64,000 nucleotides of DNA from Octopus sinensis. Taxonomy: Eukaryota. This document shows, piece after piece, positions 12,858 to 25,400 of this stretch. The position numbers and the translations under genes were made by a program. The notes beneath the pieces were generated by a model that was not told the DNA's origin, searched no databases, and was given only the letters and a program-made list of their open reading frames with translations. Position 1 is the stretch's first letter. Every line of letters starts with the position of its first letter. The stretch covers positions 10,850,001-10,914,000 of the forward strand of contig NC_043003.1 in NCBI RefSeq assembly GCF_006345805.1. Reading direction: 5' to 3'.

Positions 12858-13843
12858 TAGGGATGATGAAAGACAGTGTTGATGGTGGTGGAGGGAAAGG
12901 CTGTGAAGTCAAAGGTATTGATAGTAGTAGCTTCAGAAGTCTGGATGGTGTGTGTATGACAGTTGTGGTGGCGATGGTGGTGGTGGTACTGATGATGGTG
13001 ATGGTTAAAAACAATCAACAGAAAGAAAGACAAAGAGAGAGGTTAGACAAAAAAAAATTGTACTGACCCCTGAATGGAAAGACAAAAAATGTTGTTTATC
13101 ATGCAGTTTTGAAATAAGTTCCAAGTCACAAAATTGTACCATTGTTTTGATGAAAATTGTTCATTGTTTCAAAAATATGGGTCAAGTTTAATAAAATTTA
13201 GTATGTACTCAATACATGATAGGACAGCTTTTAAGCTAGTATGCAATAAAACAGGATGGTCATGACTGGAATGCATTTTATCATAGGTCTCTTTGAACTG
13301 AGTTGGCCTAGAGTTTTTAAAAAAAGTGGCACCCTGCCACTAGGCTTCTATTTATATTTACTCTGAGAAATGTTTTATTCCAAATGAAAACCATTACAAC
13401 CATAATTAAAGATGAAGCCTCTAAGCAATTACTTGACTTGGTAGAAACTGAAGCCAAATCTTCCTCGAATCATATCACATTATTTTCAAGGAGTACAAGA
13501 AATGGGTTTTTCAAATAACATTGGTTCTGCTTCATTTTATAGAAAGCATACTAAGGCAGGGAAAAGAACAAACAAACAAATTTTTTGTCTTCCTATTCAG
13601 TACAATTTTTTTTTCTGTCTAACCTCTCTCTCTCTCTCTTTCTATTGATTGTTTTTAACCATCACCATCATCAGTACTATCACCATCATCAGTACCACCA
13701 CCATCACCACCACAACTGCCATACACACACCATTCAGACTTCTGAAGCCACTACCATAAATACCTTTGACTTCGCCACCTTTCCTTCCACTACCACCACC
13801 AACACTGTCTTTCATATCATTTACTACCACCATCATCCCTAAA
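12858..13843. repeat. Inverted repeat, arms ~12858-13066 and ~13597-13843, ~530-bp spacer
   Basis: ttagggatgatg...aaaaattgtactga is the reverse complement of tcagtacaattttt...catcatccctaa. Confidence 0.85.
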
Positions 13844-13869
13844 CAAACAAAAAATGAGTATTTTTTATG

Positions 13870-14090
13870 ACAGTCAGTTGTAGACAACAAAATCTACCTC
13901 ATGTATTCTTTTGGTAACTGTGGTTAACATCAAGTTCACAATAGCATTATTCAAGTGGGGATCTTTTTGATCTGGCTGCCGTACACATAACATGCCTCAT
14001 CTTTTCGTACACATATGCCCCTTCTTACATAATTTTCTTTTGGGTATAACACCCTTTTCTTGAAGGTACGGTACAGTATCCTCCCCTGTT
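13870..14090 (-). pseudogene. Possible Merlin/IS1595-like transposase relic
   Basis: Encodes YLQEKGVIPKRKLCKKGHM, followed in another frame by a CYVYG-like piece, resembling the N-terminal Zn-ribbon of Merlin transposases. Frameshifted, and cut by the twin SINE. Confidence 0.35.
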
Positions 14091-14164
14091 CTATATTTAA
14101 GAGATGAGGAATTATGTACATTATTTACATTTGACGGATATTTGTCCTCATCTTGTTTGTTGTT

Positions 14165-14210
14165 AACACAACATTTTGGCTGATATACCCTCCAGCCTTC
14201 ATCAGGTATC
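14165..14210 (-). ncRNA. Degenerate hammerhead motif, same family
   Basis: GATAC CTGATGA AGGCTG GAGGGTATAT CAGCC AAA ATGT T GTGTT. Two of the three differences from consensus are CpG-type transitions (G12>A and ACGT>ATGT); the third is GACAC>GATAC. Confidence 0.5.
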
Positions 14211-14257
14211 TTGGGGAAATTTCGAACCTGGGTTCTCATTCCTAAGGTATTTTTCGA

Positions 14258-14276
14258 TCTTCTTCTTCTTCTTCTT

Positions 14277-14357
<81 letters not shown>
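14258..14357. repeat. Compound (CTT)n(ATT)n microsatellite inside a twin-SINE arm
   Basis: Expanded version of the (AAT)n linker seen in other copies of the family. Confidence 0.9.
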
Positions 14358-14361
<4 letters not shown>

Positions 14362-14887
14362 TCACAGCCTGGAATCAAACTCGGAATCTTGGGGTTAGTA
14401 GCCCGTGCTCTTAACCACTACACCACTACCTGGCTTGAATATAATGACACCAGCCCACAGGCATATGACGTAGTGCTTAAGAGTGTAGGCTTCTAACCCC
14501 AAGATTTTGAGATTGATTCCACCGAGGTCAACTTTGCCTTTAATTTTTTTTCAGGTTCAATAAAATAAATACTAGTTGAGCACTGGGTTTGATGTAATCA
14601 TTTATGCCCTTCCTAAAATTGCAGGCCTTGTGCATGTAATAGAAAGGACTGAGACCAGCAAGTTGGCAGAATCGGCAACACACTGAATAAAATACTTAGT
14701 GGCATTTCGCCCGTCTTCACGTTCTCAGTTCAAATCCCACTGAGGTTGACTTTACCTTTCATACTTTCCATTCTTTCGGGTTCAATGAAATAAGTACCAG
14801 TCAAGTACTGGGGTTGATGTAATTGACTTCCCCTTCCCCTCGAAAACTACTGGCCAAAATTTGAAATCATCATTTGAGACTGACTGA

Positions 14888-15350
14888 AGGTGGTGAGCTG
14901 GCAGATCGGGCGAAGTGCTTAGCGGTATTTCGTCTGCCGTTATGTTCTGAGTTCAAATTCCGCTGAGGTCGACTTTGCCTTTCATCCTTTCGGGGTCGAT
15001 AAATTAAGTACCAGTTACGCACTGGGGTCAATATAATCAACTTAATCCGTTTGTCTGTCCTTGTTTGTCCTCTCTGTGTTTAGCCCCTTGTGGGTAGTAA
15101 AGAAATAGGTATTTCGTCTGCCGCTACGTTCTGAGTTCAAATTCCACCGAGGTTGACTTTGCCTTTCATCCTTTCGGGGGTCGATAAATAAAGTACCAGT
15201 TGCGTACTAGGGTCGATGTAATCAACTTAATCCATTTGTCTGTGCTTGTTTGTCTCCTCTGTGTTTAGCCCCTTGTGGGTAGAAAAGAAATAGGTATTTC
15301 GTTTGTCTTTATGTTCTCAGTTTAAATTCTAGCGAGGTTGACTTTGCCCT
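14888..15350 (+). mobile_element. SINE family 1 (tRNA-derived head, core GCCTTTCATCCTTTCGGGGTCGATAAA), three tandem partial copies
   Basis: Many other copies: ~95-300(-), 4500-4660, 5302-5515(-, TSD cggctagtgtt), 11235-11640, 14655-14870, 18790-18945(-), 28285-28480(-), 28815-28980(-), 34425-34918(-), 35778-35935, 41357-41575, 42119-42255, 47405-47620(-). Confidence 0.85.
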
Positions 15351-15355
15351 TCACC

Positions 15356-15504
15356 TAGGGCCAGCTCAAGGTACCGGCAACTCAGGTAGTTGCCCGGGGT
15401 GCCAAGGAGGGCATAACAAAGACAAAGAAATTTCCAAGATCGTCACCTTGTACATGACAAATTTCAGCTTGCCTGGAGCACCAGCAATGTTAGGGCTGGC
15501 CCTA
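15356..15504. mobile_element. hAT-type MITE (149 bp)
   Basis: TIR tagggccagc/gctggcccta. Perfect 8-bp TSD ccttcacc. Confidence 0.85.
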
Positions 15505-16148
15505 CCTTCACCCTTTTGTGGAGCGCTGCCTCTAGTCGAACAAATCAACCCAGGACTTATTCTCTGCAAGATTAGTACTTATTCTAGCGGTCTCTTTTGC
15601 CGAACTGCTAAGTTATGGGGACATAAACACACACACACACACACACATATCAAAATAAGCAACAAGGATATCCAGAGGTAATGGAGTACGATCGTTTCAA
15701 GCGACTCCATTTAATTGAACAATGCAACCATTACATCAATTTAAATGCAGAGCAATCCTCAGCTGCATAAATACATAGGATTGAATTAAATTAAAACAGA
15801 TGGACACATTTGTATAATTTTACCTAAAACCTCCAAGAAGGTAAGGAGATAGACAAAGAACATGCTGTCTTCACTTCAGCTTGGAAGCTACTAAGGTATC
15901 GGGAAGAAAGACTTGTTAGGGATCTAGCTTACCACTGCTTTTTGGGGTCAGTTTAAATTTATAGTCTTGTTTATCAAATCATTGTATATCAAAATCTAAG
16001 GCCAAAGAACAAGGAGCAGTGTATATATATATATATATATATATGACAAGCTTCTTTCAGTTTCCATCTACCAAATCCGCACACAAGGCTTTGGGCGGCC
16101 CAAGGCTATAGTAAAGAACACTTGCCAAAGGTGCAATGCAGTGGGACT

Positions 16149-16799
16149 TGTAAGGGTCTAGCTTGACACTGCTTGAGATTTGAAACCAAATCCACTGGCT
16201 TGTTGCTTGTCAAAACAAGCGAGCGGGAAATCCTCAACACTAGATGATTGAGGTGGAAACACTCCACTCCCTAAGACCTGTACTGGTCAAGGAAAGGTCA
16301 GTCCTTTGTTTAAAGTTTGACCTACATTACTGACCATAGTCTATATAACAGAGAGAATTTTCCACCTCTTCCCCTTTTGTGTCAGCCAGACCAAGGAGCA
16401 ACTCTTTATTTTGCATCAGCCTTAACCAAGAGCAGCACTTCCCTTTGCCCTTCACGTGAAGAAAGGCGGCCTTTATCCTGTCTTCCTTTCTAGTCAGTAC
16501 CATAACTACCTTATTCTTTCCCTCTCTACTGACAGACAACCTTTTTCTACATACCAACTACTAACCAGCAAGTCATCCTTGTCACCACTATCACTAGAAT
16601 TGCTAATGTCTCTGTAGCAACCTGTCAGGTAAAGGAATAAATATATGTAAATTACATTTCTTCCTTCTTGGAGTTAATTCTTCGATGTTCACTGGTTACT
16701 CCAACGCGAGAACCTTGAAGTGTTACATCTATACACTACATTTAGTAGTGGGCTGCATCGTATCGGATTGATATGGCACACCACTACCAACCCGCTACA
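16149..16799 (+). mobile_element. Solo LTR (~650 bp), copy 2, inserted into a SINE
   Basis: TGTA...TACA termini, TSD gact/gatt. Splits the SINE sequence gtgggact|gaacctggaacc. Confidence 0.75.
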
Positions 16800-17490
16800 G
16801 ATTGAACCTGGAACCATGTGGTTGGTAAGCAAGCTAATAACCACAGCCACTTTTGCCCTTATTGTTATTTTAAATCATTTAAAAATCAAATTCTGCCGCT
16901 ATGGCTGTGTGGTTAAGAAGCTCGGTCTGCTAGCAGATTGTTTCAGGTTCAATCCCAGAGTGTGGCAGGGCAAGTGTCCTTATGAGGGAATTTAGTATAT
17001 GAAAACTGTGAGGAAACCCGTCGTATATGTGTGTGTGTGTCTTTGTGTCTGTGCTTGTGCCCCGCCCCGCTTGGTAACCGGTGTCGGTGTGTTTATGTCC
17101 TTGTAAATTGGCAGTTCATCATAAGAGACTGATAGAATAATTACCGGCTTTAAATATATAGGTACTGGGGTCGATTCGTCTGACTAAAATTCTTGAAGGC
17201 AGTACCCCAGCATGGCTGTAGTCTAACGACTGAAACAAGTAAAAGATAATGTATGTATGTATAGATAGATAGACAGACAGAGAGATAGATAGAGAGACAG
17301 ATAGATATAGATACATGGATAGATAGACAGATAGCTAGATAGATTATAGATAGACAGACAGATAGAGACAGGCAGAGAATTAGACAGATAGAATATAGAT
17401 ACATAGAGAGATAGATCGACAGATAGCTAGCTAGATAGACAGATAGATAGATAGATATAGATAGACAGATAGCAAGTTAGACAGACAGAC

Positions 17491-17533
<43 letters not shown>

Positions 17534-18094
17534 CACACACACCGGTCATCGACCGCATAATATATTTTACTATAGACCTATGCGTATTTAAGGTATTTGA
17601 CTGCTACTGTTTTCCACCGCTCAGATAAAAATCAGTTACACCGGTGATAATAAATAAGTTTCAAAATTGAAAAAAATGAATGAGGATGTTTAATTTTTCA
17701 AAATGTTTAAACGTATTTGTGTGGAAATAAAGAAGTAGAGTTTGGGTACTGTGGTCGATGTAATCGACTAACCCACTTAACACTAAATTTCAGGCCTTTT
17801 GTTTGTATTAGAAGGGATTTATATAGTAATTAATAAAACATTTCGCGACTTTTTCTCTCATAGATAATTCCTTGTACCACTTATCAATATGACCTAATAA
17901 GAGAGAGAGAGAGAGGGAGGGGTGAGAAAAAGAGAAGTAGGGATATAAAGTGAAGTGAATGAGAAATATATAGTTTTACTATAAAGAGAAAAAAGTGGGG
18001 AGCAAAAAAATGCGAAATAAATGAAATGAAATAAATAAGAGGTTTGTGTTTTGTCTGATTTTGCTGTTCGTCATGGGACAATGTGAGGTTTTAG

Positions 18095-18160
18095 TAATGG
18101 AACCGGAAATAAACAGTCCGTCGTAGTTTTGACAACCGGAAGTTACCTTGTACTAGTAAC
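18095..18160 (+). promoter_or_regulatory. Putative TATA-less housekeeping promoter / 5' UTR with tandem ETS motifs
   Basis: CCGGAAAT at 18103-18110 and CCGGAAGT at 18136-18143, in unique CpG-containing sequence immediately before the ATG. Confidence 0.55.
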
Positions 18161-18224
18161 ATGGCTTCAGCTGTGGTGGACACGTCTGATCTAGCCTCCC
18201 GAGGAAGGATTTTAGCTAATTCAG
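18161..18224 (+). CDS. TMEM41B: TMEM41B coding exon 1 ([21 protein letters not shown], phase-1 donor)
   Basis: ATG in good context (gtaacATGG) just downstream of ETS motifs. Donor cag|gtagga at 18225. Its phase 1 joins exon 2 in frame (g+aa = Glu). No homology support for this poorly conserved N-terminus. Confidence 0.7.
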
Positions 18225-19321
18225 GTAGGAATTCAGACCGTTTTATCTGTGAAAAAACGATCCTCTTTCACATTACAGGCTTGTATATATGTCAACGGGT
18301 TATCTATCTGTTTAGTTTTGCTGTAAATGCGTTGGCAAACATGGTCGTTATCCGTTCTTCTTTCTCTCTTTCTCAGAGCAGAACCAGTTGCAGCGACGAC
18401 GAATTAAACTTGTTTAATATAAAATGTTATCACGCCACTTCTTGTTAACACCTGATCAGCTTCATTCGACCACACACACACACACACACACAGATACACG
18501 AACACTCACTCACACACACGTAAATTCCCCCAAATATATATTCCAGCCCCGAATATCTAATCATTATTATGTCACTTCCTTTTAACACCCAAATTACCTT
18601 TATATCATTAATTATTATAATATTAACGCCTCTAAATTCCTCTGGGAATGGCATGAGAGCCGCTACAACCCTTCATTCTTTCCGCCGTCTGAAAATTAAT
18701 TTAATTTTGAGGTTTCATGATTAACTAAGAATTAATCGTTTAACGAATATTAAAATTATAATTGGAAGCAGTAAATTAAATTCTATTCCATTTCTATTTC
18801 TTTACTACCCACAAGGGGCTAAACACAGAGGGGACAAACAAGGACAGACATGGGTATTAAGTCGATTATATCGACCCCAGTACGTAACTGGTACTTAATT
18901 TATCGACCCCGAAAGGATGAAAGGCAAAGTCGACCTCGGCGGATTTCGACACCTCTTTAATAAATAATTATGTGGCCTTTATGTCTACGTAATAAGGCAT
19001 TATTTCTCGCTTTCGTATTTTAATCGCATTGATGTCGAATTAACATTTTATTTCTGCGGGATCGATAAAAATCCACACTCGCTTCACTTAATTCTGTTTT
19101 ATATATTATTACACTGTCCTTACAAACTACTATTTTCTTTTTTTTATTTCTCTCGCCGAGCTTAATAATCTCATTGATAAGAACAGTTTGTTTCAAACAC
19201 TCCCTAACATGCACACATGTATATATATCTCTCTCTCTCTATATATATATATATATACATGTGTGCATGTTGGGGAGTGTTTGAAACAATAAGATGATAT
19301 ATTGAATACAGTATATATGTA

Positions 19322-19352
<31 letters not shown>

Positions 19353-22300
19353 ATATACATATATACTGTATTCAATATATCATCTTATTTCTAAACAGAT
19401 ACGGTTGTTTGGTGTCTTTGTTCTCTCAACTTTGTACCAAACTGACACCAACTCTATAACTTCGTTGTATGACACATGTTGCATAATGTTTATAGTTTTG
19501 TTAGCAAAGTTACTCTCAAGAATTCGTTTTTAGATTTTCTTTTTAATTTCTTGCAGTTACTAATAGTAATTTTTACTGTTGCACTCCTCTGTAGTTACGT
19601 ACTCTAATTATTATATACATTTTATAATTAAAATTCCATGTATGTGTGAGCGACATCAACATCGCAGTATTAGTTTCTCTGATAAGTCTAACGTTTCATT
19701 CATATTCAACAAGCACAGTGGCTGATATGAATGAACCCACACGTTATATTCACATGTGGAGATATCCAAGATATACCCAGGTACAAACACGATATTTACG
19801 TACATGAGTACTCGAATACACAAAGTACGTGCATTATGGATTACTTAACAAAAGAGTCTTCAGCTGATCGTCTATATCTTGCTAGAATTAGCACCGAAAT
19901 CTCCCCTTACATTACACCGGACCGACCGTCTTAAATAAGGAAGGGACACACTGTAAATAAAAAATAATTTAATTATAGGCGAAGTTTCGGATCTGCACCG
20001 TTGGTGCATATGTCCGTGACAGCAAACATTCGAACGATACACATGTTTCCACAATGTGGTCATGGCTAGAATGCCTTTGATTATTATAGGCCTAGTCCAG
20101 TGCTTTTCAAACTTTTTGCAATAATTTAATACTTTTATTCACACATATCTGCACAGGAGAATTAAAAATTACTGCCGATTTTAGCAGTTTTGTAACTTCT
20201 TGCGGAACCCTGGTTGAAAACCACTGGCCTAGTCTATCAAGGCTAACCTTGGGCTAAACAGTAATTGAATAATATATATATGCGCAATCACTGGCTAAAG
20301 ATTTGGACATATGTTGTGCCTCAGTAAATATGTGCGTTTTATAGTACTTTATAAGTTCTATCAAACGCACGTAAATTATGAGTGATCTGGAGACCCAATT
20401 CACTATAACTTTTGTTAGTTGAATCATAATTAGCTTTTAATGATGTTTATAGCAATTATTTACAACAGAATACGTACGCTGTCCCACTAAATAAACGTAA
20501 TTATTGTATTATATAATAATACTGGTTACAGGACTAGAATTCCACCGAAACGCAAGAGAGAATAATTACGAATGTCCTGAATAAATATTTTATCTTTCAT
20601 AATGTGGAACACAATGAGATTAATTCATAACTTAGAAAAAGACAAACAACTTTGCATGCGTAACATTTGTCTAGTTCGAGTAGAGATGAATGACCTGAGA
20701 GATAAGGAGCTGTCAGCCCAAGAGTAATAAGTTCAAATCCGCCACAGGTATTCAGTTATGTTTTGATAAGTAAATGAAGTCCCGTGGCTTAGTGGATAAC
20801 GTGTTGCACTCAAGATCGCAAGATGGCGGTTTCGATTCCCTGACCAGGCGGTGCTTGGTGATCTTGCGCAAGATATGTCATTTTACACTGCTCTGGTCCA
20901 CCCGGCGGTAAATGAATAACTTCTGCGACGGACTGGCGTCCCGTTTCGGGTGGTGGGGTGAGGGTGGGGTTGTGATCTCGGTCACTTGTACACCATGCAA
21001 ACTGGTTAACTGGGACTTGATGCAGTCATGTCCATGAGATGATGATGAACTAACTAATACCAGGCCATTTAACAGGCAAATTCTACGAGGAGTGATTCAT
21101 CGCACATCTTGATTTAATCAATGAAATCATAGCTTCGGAGCTTAACCGGTGTTCATTAAGTCCTTTTCCCCTGTGTAACTGCAGGTACAATGCTTAGAAG
21201 ATACGATGCAGGACCCTAATGATGTTTGACTGTCAGTTTATGACTGTTGTATTGTGGCCCTACACCTGACATTGCCTCAGCTGACGAAACGGAAGACTAA
21301 TTCACTCCCTTTGTATACCTTTACTGATGTCCTGCTCGCAAAATTTTTTTTCCACAAGAGTTCTGGACCCTAGTAATGAACTCATTTGCATACAGCCAAT
21401 CAGAGCTCACCTTGACCATGTCAAGTTAACAAACACACTCTACTAAGTAAACTCAAGATGAAGAAAGTGTTGTAAGTCGACTGATCGCCAAATTATGCCC
21501 GATTTTAGAAGGAGACAAGTAATTAGATAGATTTGCATCTATACCTATTATCGGATTTTGTTAGGGCCCCATATGATAAAAATGTGGATAGGACAAGTGT
21601 GGGTAGAGGGCGATGTCCTAGCAACACTCTCCCCTTACTGTTTTACAAAGTAAACAACAACACAAATAACTATGCAGAGGCAGCCATGGTTGAAACAAGA
21701 ACAACAAGCCTTCTTAAAAAAGAAAAGAAGCATGGTCATTCCTTACCCAAGTAACCCTATCGCCCATTATTTGTTATGCACTCATAAATTAGTTTAACAG
21801 TTGAGCTCTGATTGGCTGTATGCAAATGAGTTCATTGTTGGGGTCTGGAACTCTCTTGGGGAAAAAAAAATCTGTGTCCTGCTCTGCCTGTAATTATATA
21901 AGATGACCTTAGTCTGAATCAGTGTTATTCAGGGTGAGGCTTGGGTTACTTCTGAAAGGGAATACAAGCAACAAATGACTAAGACTTGCACTAAATTATT
22001 ATTATCGACAAATTCTTTTGGTTCATAGGCGCAGTAGTGGCTGTGTGGTAAGTAGTTTGCTTGCAAACCACATGGTTCCAGGTTCAGTTCCACTGTATGG
22101 CACCTTGGGCAAGTGTCTTTTACTATAACCTCTGGTCAACCAAAGCCTTGTGAGTGAATTTGGTAGGTGGAAACTGAAAGAGGCCTGTCGTATATATATG
22201 TGTGTGTTTGGTTTGTGTGTCTGTGTTTGTCTTCTCACCATCGCTTGACAACCGATGTTGGTGTGTTTACGTCCCCGTAACTTAGGTGTTCGGCAAAAGA

Positions 22301-22405
22301 AGCTGATAGAATAAGTACTAGGCCTGTAAAGAATAAGTTCTGGCAGTACTCCAGCATGGCTGCAGTCAAATGACTGAAACAAATAAAAGAATAACAGAAT
22401 ATGTA

Positions 22406-22439
<34 letters not shown>

Positions 22440-25400
22440 CACATCATCATCATCGTTTAACGTCCGTTTTCCATGCTGGCATGGGTTGGATGGTTTGACC
22501 GGGGTCTGGGAAGCCAGGAGGCTGCACCAGGCTCCATTCTGATCTGGCAGTGTTTCTACAGCTGGATGCCCTTCCTAACGCCAACCACTCTGTGAGTGTA
22601 GTGGGTGCTTTTTACATGCCACTGGCTCAGGTGTCAGGGGAGGCTGGCAGTGGCCACGATTGGTCAGTGCTTTTTACGTGTTACCGTATGTGTTCCATGC
22701 TTGGATGGGTTGGACAGTTTGACAAGGATCAAATGAGTCCAAGGACTGCATTGTGCTCCATTGTCTGTTTTGGCATGGTTTCTACAGCTGGATGTCTTTC
22801 CTAACACCAACCACTTTACAGAGTGTACTGGGTGCTTTTTTTTCCATGCCACCAGCACCAATGAGGACACCATGTAGTTCACAAGTTAACAAACCCTAGG
22901 AGGAATATGTTACATCTAGGGCTGTGGAGTCAGAGTCGGTAAAATAGACCACTATCACTTAATTACATAGAGGAGTCGGAGTCAAAGATTTTTGTTTTGA
23001 CTCCACAGCCCTGGTTACATCTATATGTTAGCATAGAAAACAGATGCTAAATGACGATGGTGATGATGTATAAAGATTGTGTGTAATCTAGTTTATTGCC
23101 ATGTAAACAAAAATGTATGCCACATAGTCTTACTAATGTAGTAACTCTAAAGTATTTGTAGATAATATAAGATGCAGAGGGAGGAAATTCCATGTTTTGT
23201 TTGTTTAAAAGAATTTTTCAGATTTCAAAATCCTGCCTGCAGAAGTTGATTTTTGTGCAGCTAACAGAAAAACGTTGTTAATGTTTTAACTGCAGTTCTC
23301 ACCCACACTACTATCACCGTTTTGTTATTGTACAGTTTTGAATTTAGACTGGTGGCTGGAAAGGAAACGTAAGATGAAGTTGCTGAGATAAAGATAGGAT
23401 AAACAATTGATGCAGATAAAGCCGTTTGGTTGAGAAGTTTGCTTTTCATCCATGTGGTTGTAGTCGTAGACATTAAATGATGATGATGGTAAAACATCTG
23501 GTCACCTTACTAGTGGTGGGCAAGGCAAGAATGTTATTTATTATAAGGGATGGTCAGCCAACAATTTATCTTTTTTGTACACAGGTGACCCTTTCAGACT
23601 TAGGAATTTTCCTGATTCACTGCTGTCAATGTGTAAGAATTGTTGTATAAAATAAATCCCAACACTGAAGTTCTCAACTTTGCTAGTTTGCTCAGCTTTG
23701 ATACCATTTTGATATAATCACAGCTTTGCCAGATAGGTCATGTTTGCATACCAGGCCACCGACTCTCAAAGGGAACACCATAAAGGCAGATGCTTTCTGG
23801 ATGGCCAGAAAAATCACCTCAAAGACACTTTAAAAGCTTCTCTAAAGGCCTTCAACATCAGCCGTGTCACATTGGTGCAGGTAACTGAGGGCAGAAGCAT
23901 GTGGCAATCAGATGTCTGCAAGGGCATGCATATCTGCAAAGCCAACAGGACTGCTGCTGCTGTTGTTAAGCAACAAGACGGGTAAGGGTGATTAGGTGAT
24001 GGTCTAGGGCTTAGGGGCAGGAGACCCCAGACCTTGGAAAAAAAAAAACTTTGGTTGTCTTGTAGTCGGCTCTTTGTTGAAGCCCGACACCACTGGGAGG
24101 TGGTCCTCGGAGTCGCTGGAAATGGAGATCTCCAGGTCCAAATTCTTGAATGGCTACTGCTGCTGCTGAGCAATACAGACAGACTAGGAAAACCAGTGCC
24201 ATCAAACCCCCAACTACCACCAACATTCCTTGTCTACACTGCCAGAGAACCTTCTGGGCATGGCTTGGCCTGATCAGCCTGCAGTGCACATACAACACCC
24301 AACCCCAACTCTAGAATGACTAGACCAGGGCTGGCCAACCTGAGGCCTGCAGGCCACATGCAGCCTGCAGGCTTTTATCTTGCAGCCTGCTTGATACGTT
24401 CTTGAAATGTGTTTATTTAAACAGACATTTAAAAAATTTTATCAAGAATTAAAGATTGCAATGAAAAGTAAAACAGAAAGAGACTACTTGTTTTGGCAAC
24501 AACCATATTTCATGTTGAATCAACGGCCATTCCTTCGTTATTGTAATAATAGCATGAGAAAGCAAAATACTTTCATTTCTGTCAGCAGTGATTATTTGAC
24601 TATTAGTGCATAAAGTATACAAGCAGCCCTCAAAAAAATTTTCTTTGATTAAAGTGGCCTGCAATAGACTTCAAGTTGGCCAGGCCTGAACTAGATGGTC
24701 CCTGTTATTCTGACAAATGCACAGCATTGCATAAACCAGTTTGGTTAAAAACAATCATAATATTATTCTTGGGGTATTTTATTTCATGTGGCATTTAATG
24801 TTAGAGCTGGTAAGTTATGACTTTTAACTTGGTAGTAGTAAAACAAATATAAATGTACTATGAGAAGAAGTAAAAAGGAAACGTTAGTGTTTATAGAACT
24901 TAAAGTTTTGAAATTGCTACAGTTTGGTTTAAAATATTGACTTTACAGCCTGAAGTCAATAAATTGATTTTTACAATGACAAATAGACAATAACCAAATA
25001 TGTTAATTAAGAAAAGTTTTTTGTGGCTTTGTGGTTAAGAAGCTTGCATTCCAACCATGTGGTTTCAGGTTCAGACAAGGTAAGCTAGAGATGACCAAGT
25101 CTATCTAGAGGAGTGCTCCGCAACAGGTATGCTGTGGCACACTTTTGTGCCAGGAGACAATGCTAGGTGTGTCGCAGTGTAACCTGAATATAATTGTTTT
25201 TCCTATCATCATTGTTTAATGTCCGCTTTCCATGCTGGCATGGGTTGGACGCTTTGACTGAGGACTGGCAAGCCAGGAGGGTGCACCAGGTTCCAATCTG
25301 ATCTGGCGAGGTTTCTACAGCTGTATGCTCTTCCTAATGCCAACCACTCCGAGAGTATAGTAGGTGCTTTTTATGTGTCACTAGCATGGGAGCCAGCACT

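Noticed and set aside
17884-18081. Divergent head-to-head gene starting next to the TMEM41B promoter
   Set aside because: Low-complexity F/I/L/S-rich ORF, no donor site, and no downstream minus-strand coding exons found.
23222-23510. Extra TMEM41B exon or minus-strand 78-aa ORF in unique-looking intron 1 DNA
   Set aside because: All plus-strand frames from the candidate acceptors hit stops, and the minus-strand peptide has no recognisable homology or splice support.
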